Part shown: piece by piece, positions 40,904-53,444 of the stretch
Numbering within the stretch: the stretch's first letter is position 1
Layout: the number at the start of each line of letters is the position of its first letter
Source of the DNA: Squalus acanthias
Lineage: Eukaryota
Length of the DNA: 64,000 bases
Assembly: GCA_030390025.1 (NCBI GenBank)
Contig: CM059433.1
Coordinates: 22,074,001 to 22,138,000, forward strand
Reading direction: 5' to 3'
Program-made: the position numbers and the translations under genes
Notes under the pieces: generated by a model
What the model was told of the DNA's origin: nothing
Databases searched by the model: none
Seen by the model: only the letters and a program-made list of their open reading frames with translations

Positions 40904-42696
40904 GGCCGGAATTTTGCCAGCGCTCAGAGGGCGGGTTTGGAGGCGGGTCCGCTGTTAAAATAGCAAAGATTGACAGCGGCTAGGAAACCCACTGTCAACC
41001 CGCCTCCACGCGAGTCTCCCAGGTGTCGGGTCTGTCAGCGGAGAACTGACCCGACACCAAGCAGCGGGGGATACAATTCAGCTACTTAAATGGCTTGTTA
41101 AGAGCCAATTTAATACTATTTTGAGGCTTCCTTCCCATTTTACGTTCTCCCCCACGGGTTACCCGCTGCTCGGGGAACACGCCAGCTCACCCTGGCGCTA
41201 GTTGAGTCTGCTCTGATGTTTCTGAAAAGCTGACAGCTGCAGAAGTGGTGTCGAGGATGCCATGTTGCAGATGGTCAGTTTCAGAGAGCAGAAACTGTTG
41301 GTTACATCATTTGTAATACATATACAGATTTCTTTAGCTTGCAAGTGTTTAGAGGCAACTGTATGTCCAGTGCCACCTCATTGGAGCAACCTCTCTCACC
41401 ACTGACAGATCGCTTCTGTCATCTCACCTGCAGCTGCCATCTATTGCAGCAACATCGGTGCCCTTGGAAAAAATCAGACCTTGGTCCTCTGAATCCTTCC
41501 ACGATCAGCCCCAACACCAACATCACCAGGCACACCAACATCACCAACAACATCACCAACCTTCTCCGCCATCACCTGATGCTGCACAGGACACAGGGCA
41601 TCAGCCCCTGACAACATTGCTGCCCGGGAGGCCAGCGATGGCATCACCATGGCCAGATTTACTTCACTTGACGCTGTTAACCCTGGCTGCCACATGATGC
41701 GCCAGGTTGACACCATCCCACACCAGCACCGTAAAGCATCCCTTTAATGTCCAAGCCATTTCATGCACACTCATCACTATAGCGGGGGGTGGGGGGGGAG
41801 GAAGTTATGTCTCAACATTCACTGGAACTCAGTAAGACACTTCTCAAGGTGCGCTCAGATCTGTCCAATAAGGGGCAGTGTTGGAAAAATTGATTTCACT
41901 GTATGACAACACATTACCAGAAACTTCACATGAACATTGGCTAAATCTCTCAAGTGCCTACCCTTGTGTGTTGTTAGTTGGTATGCTTGCAGTTGGATGA
42001 GGGTGAGTGTGAGGGGTGGCTAGTGAGAAGTGATAAAGTAGATAGAGAGGGATGGGTGGAGGTGCAAGGTAAGTTGGTGTGAGTAAGGATATGCAGGAGA
42101 AGGGTATGGAAGGCAGAGCGATGGGGATGTGTTGAGTGGCACAGCAGGGTGAGTTTGAGTGTGGCTTTGCAGTAACGTTTTGTGATCTACTGAGATCATT
42201 GAAAGGTTGGCGCCACTGCAGCCAGGGACCCCTGACGACATCCCTGCTTTTGCCCTCCTGTGCAATGTGCAACCAGGCTGCGTTGGTCTCCTGGGGAGGT
42301 GTCTTCCGTCCTTGGAAGGGAAGAGAACCACCCTGCGTGCTGTGACTCTCTCCATAAGCATATGGTGGGAGTCATTGGAGAGTCTGGGTGCAGCCGTGCA
42401 CCTTTGTGCAGTGCTTGTCAGTATTTGCAGAACCTCAATGCTGTCAAACACTGACAGAACAACTGTCAAACTCAATGTGGCCATGGTCCCTTTAAGGAAA
42501 CAGGCTGATGACGCGTCATCAAATTACGTCATCAGACCCGCTTCCTGTTAATTGGCCGGGAAGCCTGCAGGGCGGGCTTAACAAGGCCAATCAAGGGAAA
42601 ATCCCTTTGACAGAGCGGCTGCAGCCAGGATCGTGACTGGAACCCGGAAACCAGCTCTCCCGCCACCATCCCGACACCGCTGATAAAATCGCAGCC
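40904..42696 (-). mobile_element. PIF/Harbinger-like non-autonomous element copy 3 (both ends intact)
   Basis: Imperfect 19-bp TIR ggccggaattttgccagcg / cgctgataaaatcgcagcc; AAA 3-bp TSD; Myb remnant in ORFs 41958-42484. Confidence 0.8.
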
Positions 42697-43499
42697 AAAG
42701 TATCTGAGTGAAAGCTGAGATTAACAGTGATCAATGAAAGCAAAAACTTACTCGAATCATTATTATTCCTATCTACTCTTGCCGTATATTGCAATTTGTC
42801 CATTAAAATGTCACTTTGTGAATAAAATGACAAGTAACCAATGTCTTGCTGCTGCAAAGTGACCGAGATACTTGTGTTGCATTTATTACAGAATCACTTC
42901 TACTTGAAACAATTCTATGCTTGACTTGGTTTGTAGTACTGTGGAATCTGCCTCATTTATTCTTGGGGACTCTCAGATCCCATCCATTCCCATTGGTCTA
43001 TGTTCAGACAGATTAGTGGGTTTTGTATGGAGATGGCCTCTGGCAGTGGCATGACTGGAAGAGCACAGGAGTGGCTGGTTGCCATTCATATAAAATTTGC
43101 TTGAATTTAATTCTGTGCTATCATGTAGCCATGCAGAAATGACAGTGAGTGCACTCTCTGAAAGCAACGAGCTCACAGCGACTCCACCAAAGGAGATCTC
43201 TGATACTTATGCAGGTCTACCAGGATTAGTCACGAATATAGATCGTGGACTTTCTGTGTCCTCTGCAGTTGACAAGTTGGCTAGGCTGTCACCAGTTGCA
43301 CTCTTTCAGCTAGGACAGCATATAGTAGCAGGGCACATCAGGGCAGGAATTATCAGGTACAAGTTCATGGCCAATGGAAATTTCTTCCTGCAGTATGTTC
43401 CCTTTGCTATCATCACATTTATAATGTGATTTGCATATCCTTGCCATTTCATTCCCTCTATATTTTTTTAGTTTTACTTGTTACATCCTCTGTCACTTC

Positions 43500-44360
43500 A
43501 ACGATTTCCAGTTTTATTCCACTGGCACCGATGTTCCCCAAATAACAGCTGCTCGTTCGTCCCCTCCCCACACCCCTGCCCAGGGCCTCAAACCCTCCTT
43601 CCACGTGAGGCAACAATTCACATGTACTTCCTTTAATCTAGTACATGTTATTTGTTGCTCACCATGTTGACTCCTCGATAATGGGACGAACAGATGCAGA
43701 TTAGGTGGCCATTATCTGCCCACCTCCATTCTGTCTGCAAGTGTGATCCTGAGCTCCCTGTTGCTTACCAGTTCCATTCGCTGCCCATCTCCCACTCTTA
43801 TCTCTCTGCCTTTAGCCTTCTACATGATTGCAACAAAACTCAATAAAAATATTTTTTTACAGCAAGGGTTGCTGGTCTCTTGGTATCTTGCGGCCGGGTG
43901 TGGGTGGTGTGGGAGGGGGAAGGTGGTAGGTTGGTGCATGGATGAGGTCCCCTTCATCAGAACACTGGCTGCGGAGGAGCATTCATTCTTGGAGCAAACC
44001 TGTTTTTCTTCTCAGACTTTTGGACCCTATCCTGCTTTGCCATCTTCCGCTGTTGTCATTTCAGGCACATTTACCTCCCAGTGCTTCAGCTATTTGCATA
44101 TTCTTTGTTTCTGTGAGTTCTTTTATGTTTCGTCGTATCATCTGGTAAATCGACCATCTTCACTTATACTTCCTCTCTCATGTATATTTTTCTTTCATTT
44201 TTTTCTCCCTCTTTGTTTTCTCTTATTTAAAGGCATGTTTTTCGTTTAATTTTTTCATTCCTGGCAAATGGTTACACCCAAAATGTTAACTTGTTCTTTT
44301 TTTTCCATAGATGCTGATTGACTTGCCTTGTGTTTCCAGTATTTTCTGTATCTTTTTGTT
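43500..44360 (+). mobile_element. Highly degraded Penelope-like element (GIY-YIG region + terminus)
   Basis: QGLKPSFHVRQQFTCTSFNLVHVICCSPC, then a decayed match to the family B terminal (aaatgttaact...agatgctg...tttccagtattttctg). Confidence 0.6.
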
Positions 44361-44768
44361 GTAGACATTTCTGTTGTTTTTCTCAAACGGAAGAAAAAAT
44401 GGCCGCTGAGGTCCTCTGGGACGAAGGACTAGGGTGTAGCACTGGGGAAAGAAACACTTTTAAAAAGGGAGCAAAAGTGCCGGTTTCTAACATAGAAAAA
44501 GAACCTGCCTTAATGAACTGTTATCACTTGCAGTTGTGTTTTGAAACTGAACTTAAACGATTACCGTGAGTGTATGAGACTACAAAATGTTTTGCTTTCA
44601 CAACAGGTCTATTAATAGAGAGCTGCCTGCTCTAATTGCATTGCTTAAATTAGCAGGCAATATGAAAATGCTTCTCTTTTCATCAGCCTTCAGGATTTAA
44701 TTGTCCTGCACAGCAGATAATTAATCCTTGTATTTGACAGAACCTAACGGCCTTCCTGTCATTTTCAG

Positions 44769-44834
44769 CTGGGCCTAAAATAAATGGCACATCAACAGGC
44801 ACTGATTCGGGAACCCATAAAACCAAGGCTCCAG
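44769..44834 (+). CDS. CSMD1: CSMD1 short linker exon
   Basis: CAG|CTGGG...CCAG|GTTGGT; 66 nt, phase 1-1, open frame AGPKINGTSTGTDSGTHKTKAP joining to VPPDVF; position matches the short linker of CSMD proteins. Confidence 0.8.
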
Positions 44835-45476
44835 GTTGGTATTTATTCCAGATTAATTACTCAACATATGTTATATTTTAGTAACTTCCTTTGTATAAAG
44901 GTCTCTTTCTATGGATATTATAAAATTTGAATAGCAAAAATGAACAGTCTAGCATTCCAGGCCTTTGATATATGTTTGTGATAGATTTTTTTTTCAAACT
45001 AGTTTGCTAAATTGCCTTTTCTAAGTAGAAGTGAATAAAAAAGTTTCTGTTGTCACGGCAGTGTAAAATCTGTTAGCACTGGTGTGGACGGAGTGCTCCA
45101 GCAACTGTGGCCACAGTACCTTCTCTCTCCATAAACCACCATGAAAGGGAGCTGAAATTGTGACTGTGGGAGGGACCATCATTTGATAGATGACTGACCA
45201 CATTAGATCCGGGCTCATAATCCCCACCTCCCCCACCGCCCGCTGAGAGCCTGAAGAAATGAGCACTACAAATATTAATATTTCCAGCACAACAAAAATC
45301 CATTACGTATCTGATATGAAAAAAACTTGCATGTATGGACAATTCCATTCAAATTGCGTCACTGCCCAAGATTTCACAATGATAGACCAGAGGATTTTTC
45401 TAACCTATCTCTGTAACATGAGTACATCAAAGAAGCAGTAGCCAGTACTTTCAGGTGGCGGGAACAGCAAGATAAT

Positions 45477-46229
45477 GGGCCATATTTTGCGACCCCTACG
45501 GGTGTGTACGAGGTGCGTACGCGCCCGTAGGGGCCGCGCAAGTACCGGGTTTGGGCAGGTGCTGCGCATGCGCTAAAACCCGGAACTTGTGATCTGTCAA
45601 GAATCCTCTTGACAGATCCTCCGCATCCCCGGGAGATGGGCCCCTGCGGGCGGAGAGTTGCGCTATTTGCCCAACTTCCGCCCGCTGAATCCCTGTGAAA
45701 TTCTTACGCCTGGTAAAAGCATAAGGCCTGCTTTTACCAGCATACGAGTTTTGAATAATAGAAAAATAAAATGTTGTCACTTATTTATACATTTAAAAAC
45801 CCTGTCCAATAAGGTAAGTTTATTTTTAGCCCTGTTAAATCATATTAAAAAAAATTAAATTTTTGTTTAAAATATTTAATTAAATGGAATTTTAATTAAT
45901 CTTAAATATGTAATAAAAAAAAAATGTATTTCATGTATTCATGCATTTTTTAAGTGATCCCCATTCATACTTGTGGAAGTTCCATACGTACAGAACTCCC
46001 ATAAGTATGATTGGGGATTCCCTTTTATTGGTTGGACCGGCCCACGTAATCCCAGGGGCGCTTGCGAACCGTGTGCGCCCCGAGATACGTGGGCCTCTGC
46101 CCGCGCAGACCTGGAGAAGCCCAGGACCGCAAGTCTCCATACCTCCCGGGCCACCAGGTAAATGCGTAGATTTTTTACAGGTCGGAGGCATCAGCCCCGC
46201 GGGAAGCCTCCGACCGCAAATTTTGGGCC
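45477..46229. mobile_element. Harbinger-type MITE with AT-rich core
   Basis: TIR gggccatattttgcg / cgcaaattttgggcc; flanks AAT/ATT; CpG-rich arms. Confidence 0.65.
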
Positions 46230-46602
46230 ATTGGCTTTACCTGCCAGTGGTTTTGCAGTGTGAACAGAACGAGACATCTTCAAGTCGAAAAGTTTTTTTT
46301 AAAGGGGCACTTCCTTGTGTTGTCATGAACAAGATTTTGAGAATTCTCCTTTTTTGGTGAGGGAAGCGTCCTGTGCAAGTAGCACAATGATTATTTTCAA
46401 ACCAATTCAAGCCATTGTGTCATATGCAAATAAATGAGAAAAAGATCTCTAAAGTCTCTAAAAACAGTGCCTGTTTAAACAAAAAATGATTATCTGCCTG
46501 TAGATTGTCACTACTGCACATTTTTCTCTATAAATTGGCTGCATATTTGCTTCGGTAATTTAAACGCAATTCCTAATGCTAAATCTTCATTTATTCCTTT
46601 AG

Positions 46603-46764
46603 TTCCTCCAGATGTATTTGCTCTAAACTCTATTTGGAAGGGCTTCTATGAATACCTTGGAAAGAAACAACCAGCGACGTTAACTGTTGATTATTTTAAT
46701 ATTTCCAATGGCCGAGTGAATGTTACGTTCATCGAACACAGCAGCATGGAATTAAAGCTGTCAG
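46603..46764 (+). CDS. CSMD1: CSMD1 juxtamembrane-region exon
   Basis: TAG|TTCCT...TCAG|GTAGGT; 162 nt; VPPDVFALNSIWKGFYEYLGKKQPATLTVDYFNISNGRVNVTFIEHSSMELKLS. Confidence 0.95.
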
Positions 46765-46895
46765 GTAGGTTTTCAGCTCTTGTCACGACTGCGCTGCAGC
46801 TCCTTGTCAGCCAAATAAAATTCCTAAGTTCTGTATCTACATTTTCTTTGAGAAGTCGCACAACACCAGGTTATAGTCAACAGTTTTATTTGAAA

Positions 46896-46933
46896 TCACA
46901 AGCTTTCGGAGTGGCTGCTCCTTCGTCAGGTGA
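46896..46933 (-). ncRNA. Minimal type I hammerhead ribozyme motif (antisense copy)
   Basis: Reverse complement of 46968-47005 with one substitution in stem II. Confidence 0.6.
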
Positions 46934-46967
46934 AGTGAAGAAAGTGAAGAAAGGGTATTTCTTCACT

Positions 46968-47005
46968 TCACCTGACGAAGGAGCAGCCGCTCCGAAAGCT
47001 TGTGA
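46968..47005 (+). ncRNA. Minimal type I hammerhead ribozyme motif (sense to CSMD1)
   Basis: tcac-CTGACGA-a-ggagc-agcc-gctcc-GAAA-gctt-gtga: stem I tcac/gtga, 5-bp stem II, palindromic AAGCTT stem III. Confidence 0.7.
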
Positions 47006-47409
47006 TTTCAAATAAAACTGTTGGACTATAACCTGGTGTTGTGCGACTTCTCACTTTTGTCCACCCCAGTCCAACACCGACATCTCCGCATCATGTACAT
47101 TTTCTTTGAAGAAGAATTTGCTCCATTTTTAAAAATGCGCATAAAAAGAGATTGTTCCAAACAATTTTTTTTTAAAAAGATGAGGTAACCCTTTTGAGTA
47201 GGGGTGTAAAGAGAGACAGAGGCACAAGAAAGAACTTGTTGAGAGAAAAGGAACCCATTGAGATGCAGGTAGGAGTGGGGGAGGTAGGGGGGTGATAGAG
47301 TGCAGGAAGAGAAAGGGAGAGCAACCCTGTTGCGTGATGTCATGGGCTTTTTAGCTGTGATGGGAGCAGAGGGCAATTGATGTTGAGCCATGGTGGGTTT
47401 TGCCTCATT

Positions 47410-48243
47410 GGGCGCGATCTTGCCAGCCCCGGGGAGGCGGGTATGGAGGCTGGACTGCCGGGAAAATGACAGAATTTGGGGGCAGATGCCCAACCCGCCT
47501 CCGTGCCAGCTTGCCAGGAGTCTGGTAGCCGTCCTGCGCCGGTCCTGTCTCCTTGGAGGCAGGAAGGGGATTACAGCCACTTAACTGCCTGTTAACAGGT
47601 AGTTAACAGGCAGATAAGAGGATTATCCCCATTTTTCCCACAAAAGTACGGGCTTCCCGAAGGCTGCGAATCCCACCAGGGTCACCGAGGCAAGTAGTGG
47701 GTCTGCGGGGGTCTGCGGGGTGCAAAAGTGCGCTGTGAAGGTAAGTGATGGGTGCAAGTGTGGAGAGGTGAGTATCTGAGGTAAGTGGAAAGTGTTAGAA
47801 AAAGTTTACTTACCTTTGTTTCTTCCTGCAGGCTTCAAGAGTTGGGTATGCGGAGAGTCTCACATCTTCACGGCAGAGATGACAGATGGCCGTTGCATTC
47901 TCCAATGCAACAACCATCTAATTTCTGCAAAAGAAAGAGGTTTGATGAGTCCTAAATTCAAGAACTCATCAAACTACAGAGAATGTCAGTGTTTGACAGC
48001 TTCACAGAGCTGTCAAACGATGACAATTCATCTGTCAAAAGTTTTTGACAGATGAAACGTCATATGCTGACGTTCTCTGTAACCGGCTTTCCCTTAATTG
48101 GCCTGCTAAGCCCGCTGGACGGGCTTAACAAGGTCAATCAAGGGAAAATAGAATGGGTTGGCCACAAGTCGATGGAGGCGGGACATCGACCCGACAAGCA
48201 GCAGTCCCGCCTCCAATGCGCCCCCATTGGCAAAATCGCCCCC
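47410..48243. mobile_element. Harbinger-type MITE
   Basis: TIR gggcgcgatcttgcca / tggcaaaatcgccccc; ATT 3-bp TSD; shares the gggcttaacaagg subterminal block with 40904-42696. Confidence 0.8.
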
Positions 48244-48400
48244 ATTGTGACAAACACCACAGGAGATTTGCACGGAACATATAAAACAGCATTCCTAAAA
48301 AGAATTAAGGGGGAAACCGTCCCATGATATGAATCTAAATTGATCTTGCAGCAAGTTAGTATCAGCTTATGACCTGATCAGACCAAATCTGTAAGATGAT

Positions 48401-49262
48401 GGCTGGAATTTTGCCAGCGCTCAGGGGGGCGGGTTTGGAGGCGGGACAACCAGCAAAATCACAAAGATTGTTGGCGGGTCAGAAACCCGCTGTCAACCCG
48501 TCTCCAATCAATCTTCCCGATTTGCGCAAGGACCCGACACTTAGCGGCGGGAAGAGGATTATAGCCACTTAACTGCTTGTTAACCGGTTGTTAACAGGCA
48601 GTTAACTAGCTTATTTCAATTTTGACATTTCTACTGCGGGCTTCCCGACATCCAGACACCACGCCAGGTAAGTGTGCCATGTTGTGAGTCTGCTGTAATG
48701 TTTATGCATTGATGACAGCTGCAGAAGTGGTGTGAAGGATTTAATGGTGCACTGGTGAGTTTCAGAGGTAAGAAAATGTTGGGAAATTAATTTTTAATGC
48801 ATTTAGACTTTTCTGTAGGTAACAAGTATTGATTTGTATGTGTAGTCCCACCTCCTTGGGAGAACCTCTCTCACTAGTGACAGATCGCTTCTGTAACCTC
48901 ACCTGCAGCTGCCATCTGTTCTAGCCTAAGGAGGGAGTCACTGGAGAGTCTGGGTGCAAGAGCTCACCTTTGTACAGTGATTGTCCGTGTTTGCAGCATC
49001 TCAATATTGTCAAACACTGAGAAATCAGCTGTCAAAAAAAATGTGCATGGCCTCTTTAAGAAAACCGGCAGATGACGCATCATCAAATGATGTCATCTGA
49101 CACCGGCTTCCTCCTAATTGGCCGGCAAGTCCGCAGGGTGGGCTTAACAAGGCCAATTGATGTAAAATCATGTCTGTGGGCCAGATGTCATTGGGGGCGG
49201 GACTGGAAACCAGAAGCCACCTGACCCGCTCCCAAACCGCCTCGAACCATAAAATCGCGGCG
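48401..49262 (-). mobile_element. Internally deleted relative of the Harbinger-like element (copy 4)
   Basis: Ends match 40904-42696; GAT 3-bp TSD; jumps from the equivalent of about 41445 to about 42365. Confidence 0.8.
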
Positions 49263-50539
49263 GATATGTCAACCCAGGACAGTGATGTACAGGAGAACAT
49301 CATGCTTCCATGATTTCCCCACAAACATGTGCAATGATATCCTCATGCAGCCTTATTTCTTGGCTCGTTGGCCCAATGGAAACAGAGAAGGTCCTTCTTT
49401 ACAAGCTCACACTAGTATATAAACTGAATGGGTTGAATTCCAGTTCATTTCAGGGATCATGCATCCTGCTATTTTCCAGATTTTCTTTTTTGTAGGGATG
49501 CTGGGTGGTGGGGCCAGGGTTGAGAGTTGGGAGAATAAAAATAGGAGCCCAGAAATTACCTTGTGTATATTTCTGTTCAAATGCTTAACATCTTGTATGA
49601 AATTCTGCTATCCATTATTTGAATGGATTTGTTAAGCCATTCAAAATAAATAGCAGACAAAGTAATTTCACATGAATGCATTAAACATTCATACGGTGAT
49701 AACAAGCAGTGTATTTTCTGGTTTAAGATTTCTGTCAAAAGTGAGTGGGTAAGTGGTTAACTTATTTTAGTTTTAGCTCCAGCATAAAAAAAAAACCATC
49801 ATCAATCTGGACTTTGTCAGAGCCCTTTAATAACTGCACTCATGACATTTAGGATTATAGAGTGTATTATGAGCAAAAACCATCTGACCTTTGAAAAGCA
49901 GTAATTTAAGATTACTTTTATATTTAATTGAAATGTAGCAACTCAGCTTTGCTGCAGAGATCTAATATGCAAATATGTTGGTATCGCTGGGGAATAAACT
50001 TTCTGTGGGAAGAGTTTCCACTTTGGACGCAATCGGCGATTGCAACGCCCAAAATTGCAGCCATTTTGAAAATCGTTTTCTTTCTCCCCGAGTTTCCGCT
50101 CACTTATTTGCATATCGCCAAACGCAAACTCTGTTATGAAGCAGCGCAATTGGGCAGCGTTTTAAAACGTCATTTTTAAAAAAAAAATTTGCTTTAAAAA
50201 GTATCCCACTGATATATTTAGGAGTGGCAACTTGGTAAAGTTTGATTAATACAGATGAAAATGGGTTTATCACAAAAAATAAGCATTTAAAATCACAGTG
50301 TCAATCCAGCACCTATGAGTAAGCCGATTTTAAATGGCTGAAAATGACTTAAAAATATACAAAACTAGTTAGATTGGTCTTTCCCTACATCAAAGAGCAC
50401 AGCCAAGACAATGAGATGTGTCCCAGGGGGTCCAACGTGTCAAACCACCTGCTGGCTGCATATCCTGTCAATTTGTGTAGGTTCTTGTGTTAGTCTTTTT
50501 AAAAAAAAAAACACCTGGGAAGACCGGCCATGATGTCAA

Positions 50540-51440
50540 GTCACGTTCTGTATCGTGACATGAACCCGATATCGCGATTGAGGCCATCCTCATGAGTGCG
50601 GAACTTGGCTATCAGTTTCTGCTCTATGATTTTGCGCTGTCGTGTATCTCGAAGGCCGCCTTGGAGAACGCTTACCCGCAGATCCGAGGCTGAATGCCCC
50701 TGGCTGCTGAAGTGTTCCCCGACTGGGAGGCAACCCTCCTGCCTGGCGATTGTTGCGCGGTGTCCGTTCATACGTTGTCTCAGTGTCTGCATGGTCTCGC
50801 CGATGTACCATGCTCTGGAGCATCCTTTACTGCAACGTATCAGGTAGACAACGTTGGCCGAGTCACATGAGTATGTAGTGTCTGACGTAATAAAGACTCA
50901 CTACGCACTTGAACATAAAGCAAGGCTTTAATCAACTTGTAACAAAACATGGAGGTCTAGTTAGCAGTCACTAGCTTCCTGTTTGCAGATTGTCTCAGCC
51001 CAAGGTGGGCCCATGCCTGAGTATTTATACTCCCTAGATGGCGCCCCAGCTGGCCACCCAGTAGTACTTCCTGAGTTGTTACTTGCGATTTATGACAGTG
51101 TCCTCACGTGTGATGATGGTATCTGTGTCCATGATTTGGCATGTCTTGCAGAGGTTGCCGTGGCAGGGTTGTGTGGTGTCTTGGTTGCTGTTCTCCTGAA
51201 AGATGGGTAATCTGCTGCGAACGATGGTACTTTTGAGGTTAGGCGGCTGCTTGAAGGCGAGTAGTGGAGGCGTGGGGATGGCCTTAGCAAGGTATTCGTC
51301 GTCATCGATGACATGTTGAAGGCTGCGAAGAACATGGCGTAGTTTTTCCGCTCCGGGGAAGTACTGGAAGACGTAGGGTACTCTGTTGGTTGTGTCCCGT
51401 GTTCGTCTTCTGAGGAGGTCTATGCGGTTTTTCGCTGTGG
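50540..51440 (-). mobile_element. Penelope-like element ORF 3' part (linker + GIY-YIG endonuclease)
   Basis: RVPYVFQYFPGAEKLRH...QPCHGNLCKTC...YSCDSANVVYLIRCSKGC...WYIGETMQTLRQRMNGHR...PVGEHF...EQKLIAKF...GLN. Confidence 0.85.
50874..51097 (-). mobile_element. Probable solo LTR nested in the Penelope ORF
   Basis: TGT...ACA termini, 224 bp; minus-strand TATAAATA followed downstream by ATTAAA; interrupts the Penelope reading frame. Confidence 0.55.
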
Positions 51441-51692
51441 GTATAGTAATGAGTTCCTTAGTAAATTTAAAAAAAAATCATTCAAAACCTTTCAAAATGT
51501 ACCTATTAGTGCCCTTGCGCCCAAAAGATCCAGCTTAATTCTTGGAGCCTCCTCGAAGGCCAGTTACTGAAGTTGAAGTTCTTCATACTTGCTTTGAAAA
51601 TGGAACATTTTCCATTTTTTTTGCGCCCACTGCCAACATCAAACTCTTGCAGGTCAAGTTGTAACATTGATTTAAAGAATAGCAAATAACAT

Positions 51693-52056
51693 CGGGGGTT
51701 AAATTTAGGAGCACCCATTTTTGGGCGCCCCCCCCCCCCTCAGTGTTAACACCCCACGCACAAATAGCGAGGTCCAAGGAGCTCAGCATGATGAGGACTG
51801 CGCGACGGGAGCAGGCAGCGCACAGTCGGTGCTGCAAGTTTGCCATAGGTAAGTTATTGCACTTTGCAGTCGAATCTGAGATGAAGGGTTCGAAGGTCGG
51901 GAGATGTAGTCAGAGCCGGGTGTTTGTCCTTACCTAATATGGCGGGCAGCGCACTTCCAGTCAGAGGTGTGGACACGCTTCATGACCACCATTTTGGTGC
52001 CTCAGGAGGCCATGTAACACCTGAAAAACTGGCGCTATGCAGCCAATTTAATCCCC
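51693..52056. mobile_element. Small MITE-like element
   Basis: Termini ggggttaaattt / caatttaatcccc. Confidence 0.45.
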
Positions 52057-52699
52057 TAGATGACATAACTACATCCACAGAAGAACATTTCCTCCTGGGC
52101 CAGAGGGATGTGTCTATTTTGCATGATCTCTAAGTGAGATTGTAATTTAGTGTAAATTGTGGGTAGTTATAGGGCTTGTGACTGCCCAGACTCACGTCAC
52201 ATTGAGCCCTTACAGCCAACAGGGAGAAGGAGACTTTCATCTCTTCAATTCTAGGCCTAGAGATGCGGAGACAGCACTCAAACGCATTGAACGACCTGTC
52301 CCGTATTGCATTAAAATAACGCTTTACTGTATACTTTCTTGAAAAACTTTTTACTCAGAAGCAAATATACTAATAAGCTATCTTGCACCTTTCTCAAAAA
52401 GAAAGTGCTACATCCTAAATTCTTTGTTGTCCAATTCTGACTGATGCCCACCTTTACACAGACCTTCTAGTCATGATTATTGAACACATGCAGCATTTAG
52501 GAAAGGTCCAAAAGTATTGCACAGTACTTATTTCTACTTAACTATATAAACTTCTTCCTTTTCATTTAGTAATACACATCGTACTTAAAATTAATTTTGA
52601 TTGATAATTGATCATTTTAAGTGAAAGGACTTTGGTGTTTTTTAAAGCTACTGTGGTATTTAAATAATATCACTTGAGCAAATGTACAATTCTTATCCC

Positions 52700-52937
52700 T
52701 TTGCCCAACCACTGGCAACCGTGCCTGCAGCAGCCAAAGCCCAATGTGCTGGAATTCCCTCCCCAAATCCTTCTGCTTCTCCCCCTCCCTCTACTTTAAA
52801 ACCTACCTCTTTGATCAAGAGCTTGGTCAACCCTCCTAATATCTCTTTCTTTGGCCTGGTGTCCATTTTTATCCCTTAGATATCTTTGAAGTGCCTTTGA
52901 TGCTAAAGTCATGATATAAATGCAAGTTGTTGTTGTC
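52700..52937 (+). mobile_element. L2 3' end fragment, degraded
   Basis: ctggaattccctcc...ttaaaacctacctctttga...atataaatgcaagttgttgttg, colinear with 16390-16640. Confidence 0.7.
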
Positions 52938-52954
52938 TAGTATAAATCAATCGT

Positions 52955-53170
52955 TTCTATTCTATTTGAAGAAGAGATGGGGAGTTCCTCTGGTGTTGGG
53001 ACAATATTTATCTTTCAACCAACATCGCTAAAACAGATAATCTGGTCATATATCTCATTGCCGTTTGTGAGCAAATTGGCTGCTGCGTTTCTCTACATTA
53101 CAACAGTGACGACACTTCAAAAGTATTTTGCTGGCTGTCCTGAGGTCATGAAAGGTGTCATGCAAGTCTT
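52955..53170 (+). mobile_element. Deu-type SINE 3' fragment
   Basis: caatatttatc...attggctgctgcgttt...cttcaaaagta matches the 12410-12865 body. Confidence 0.65.
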
Positions 53171-53248
53171 TAAGGACTTTAATTTCCTTTAATGACTGTT
53201 GCCTTTCAGTAAAACTACTTTATGTTATAAATCTGACCACTTGTGTGA

Positions 53249-53380
<132 letters not shown>

Positions 53381-53444
53381 TAGTTTCTTCATATTAATCA
53401 GCACATTAGTTATTTTGAAGTTGTATCTTATCAAAAAAGGCATA

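Larger units (their letters stand above)
46849..47095. mobile_element. Penelope-like hairpin insertion (family A) with two opposed hammerhead motifs
   Basis: About 95-bp inverted arms 46849-46943 / 46958-47053 plus a 42-nt 3' extension; 14-bp TSD tacattttctttga (46838-46851, 47096-47109). Confidence 0.85.
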
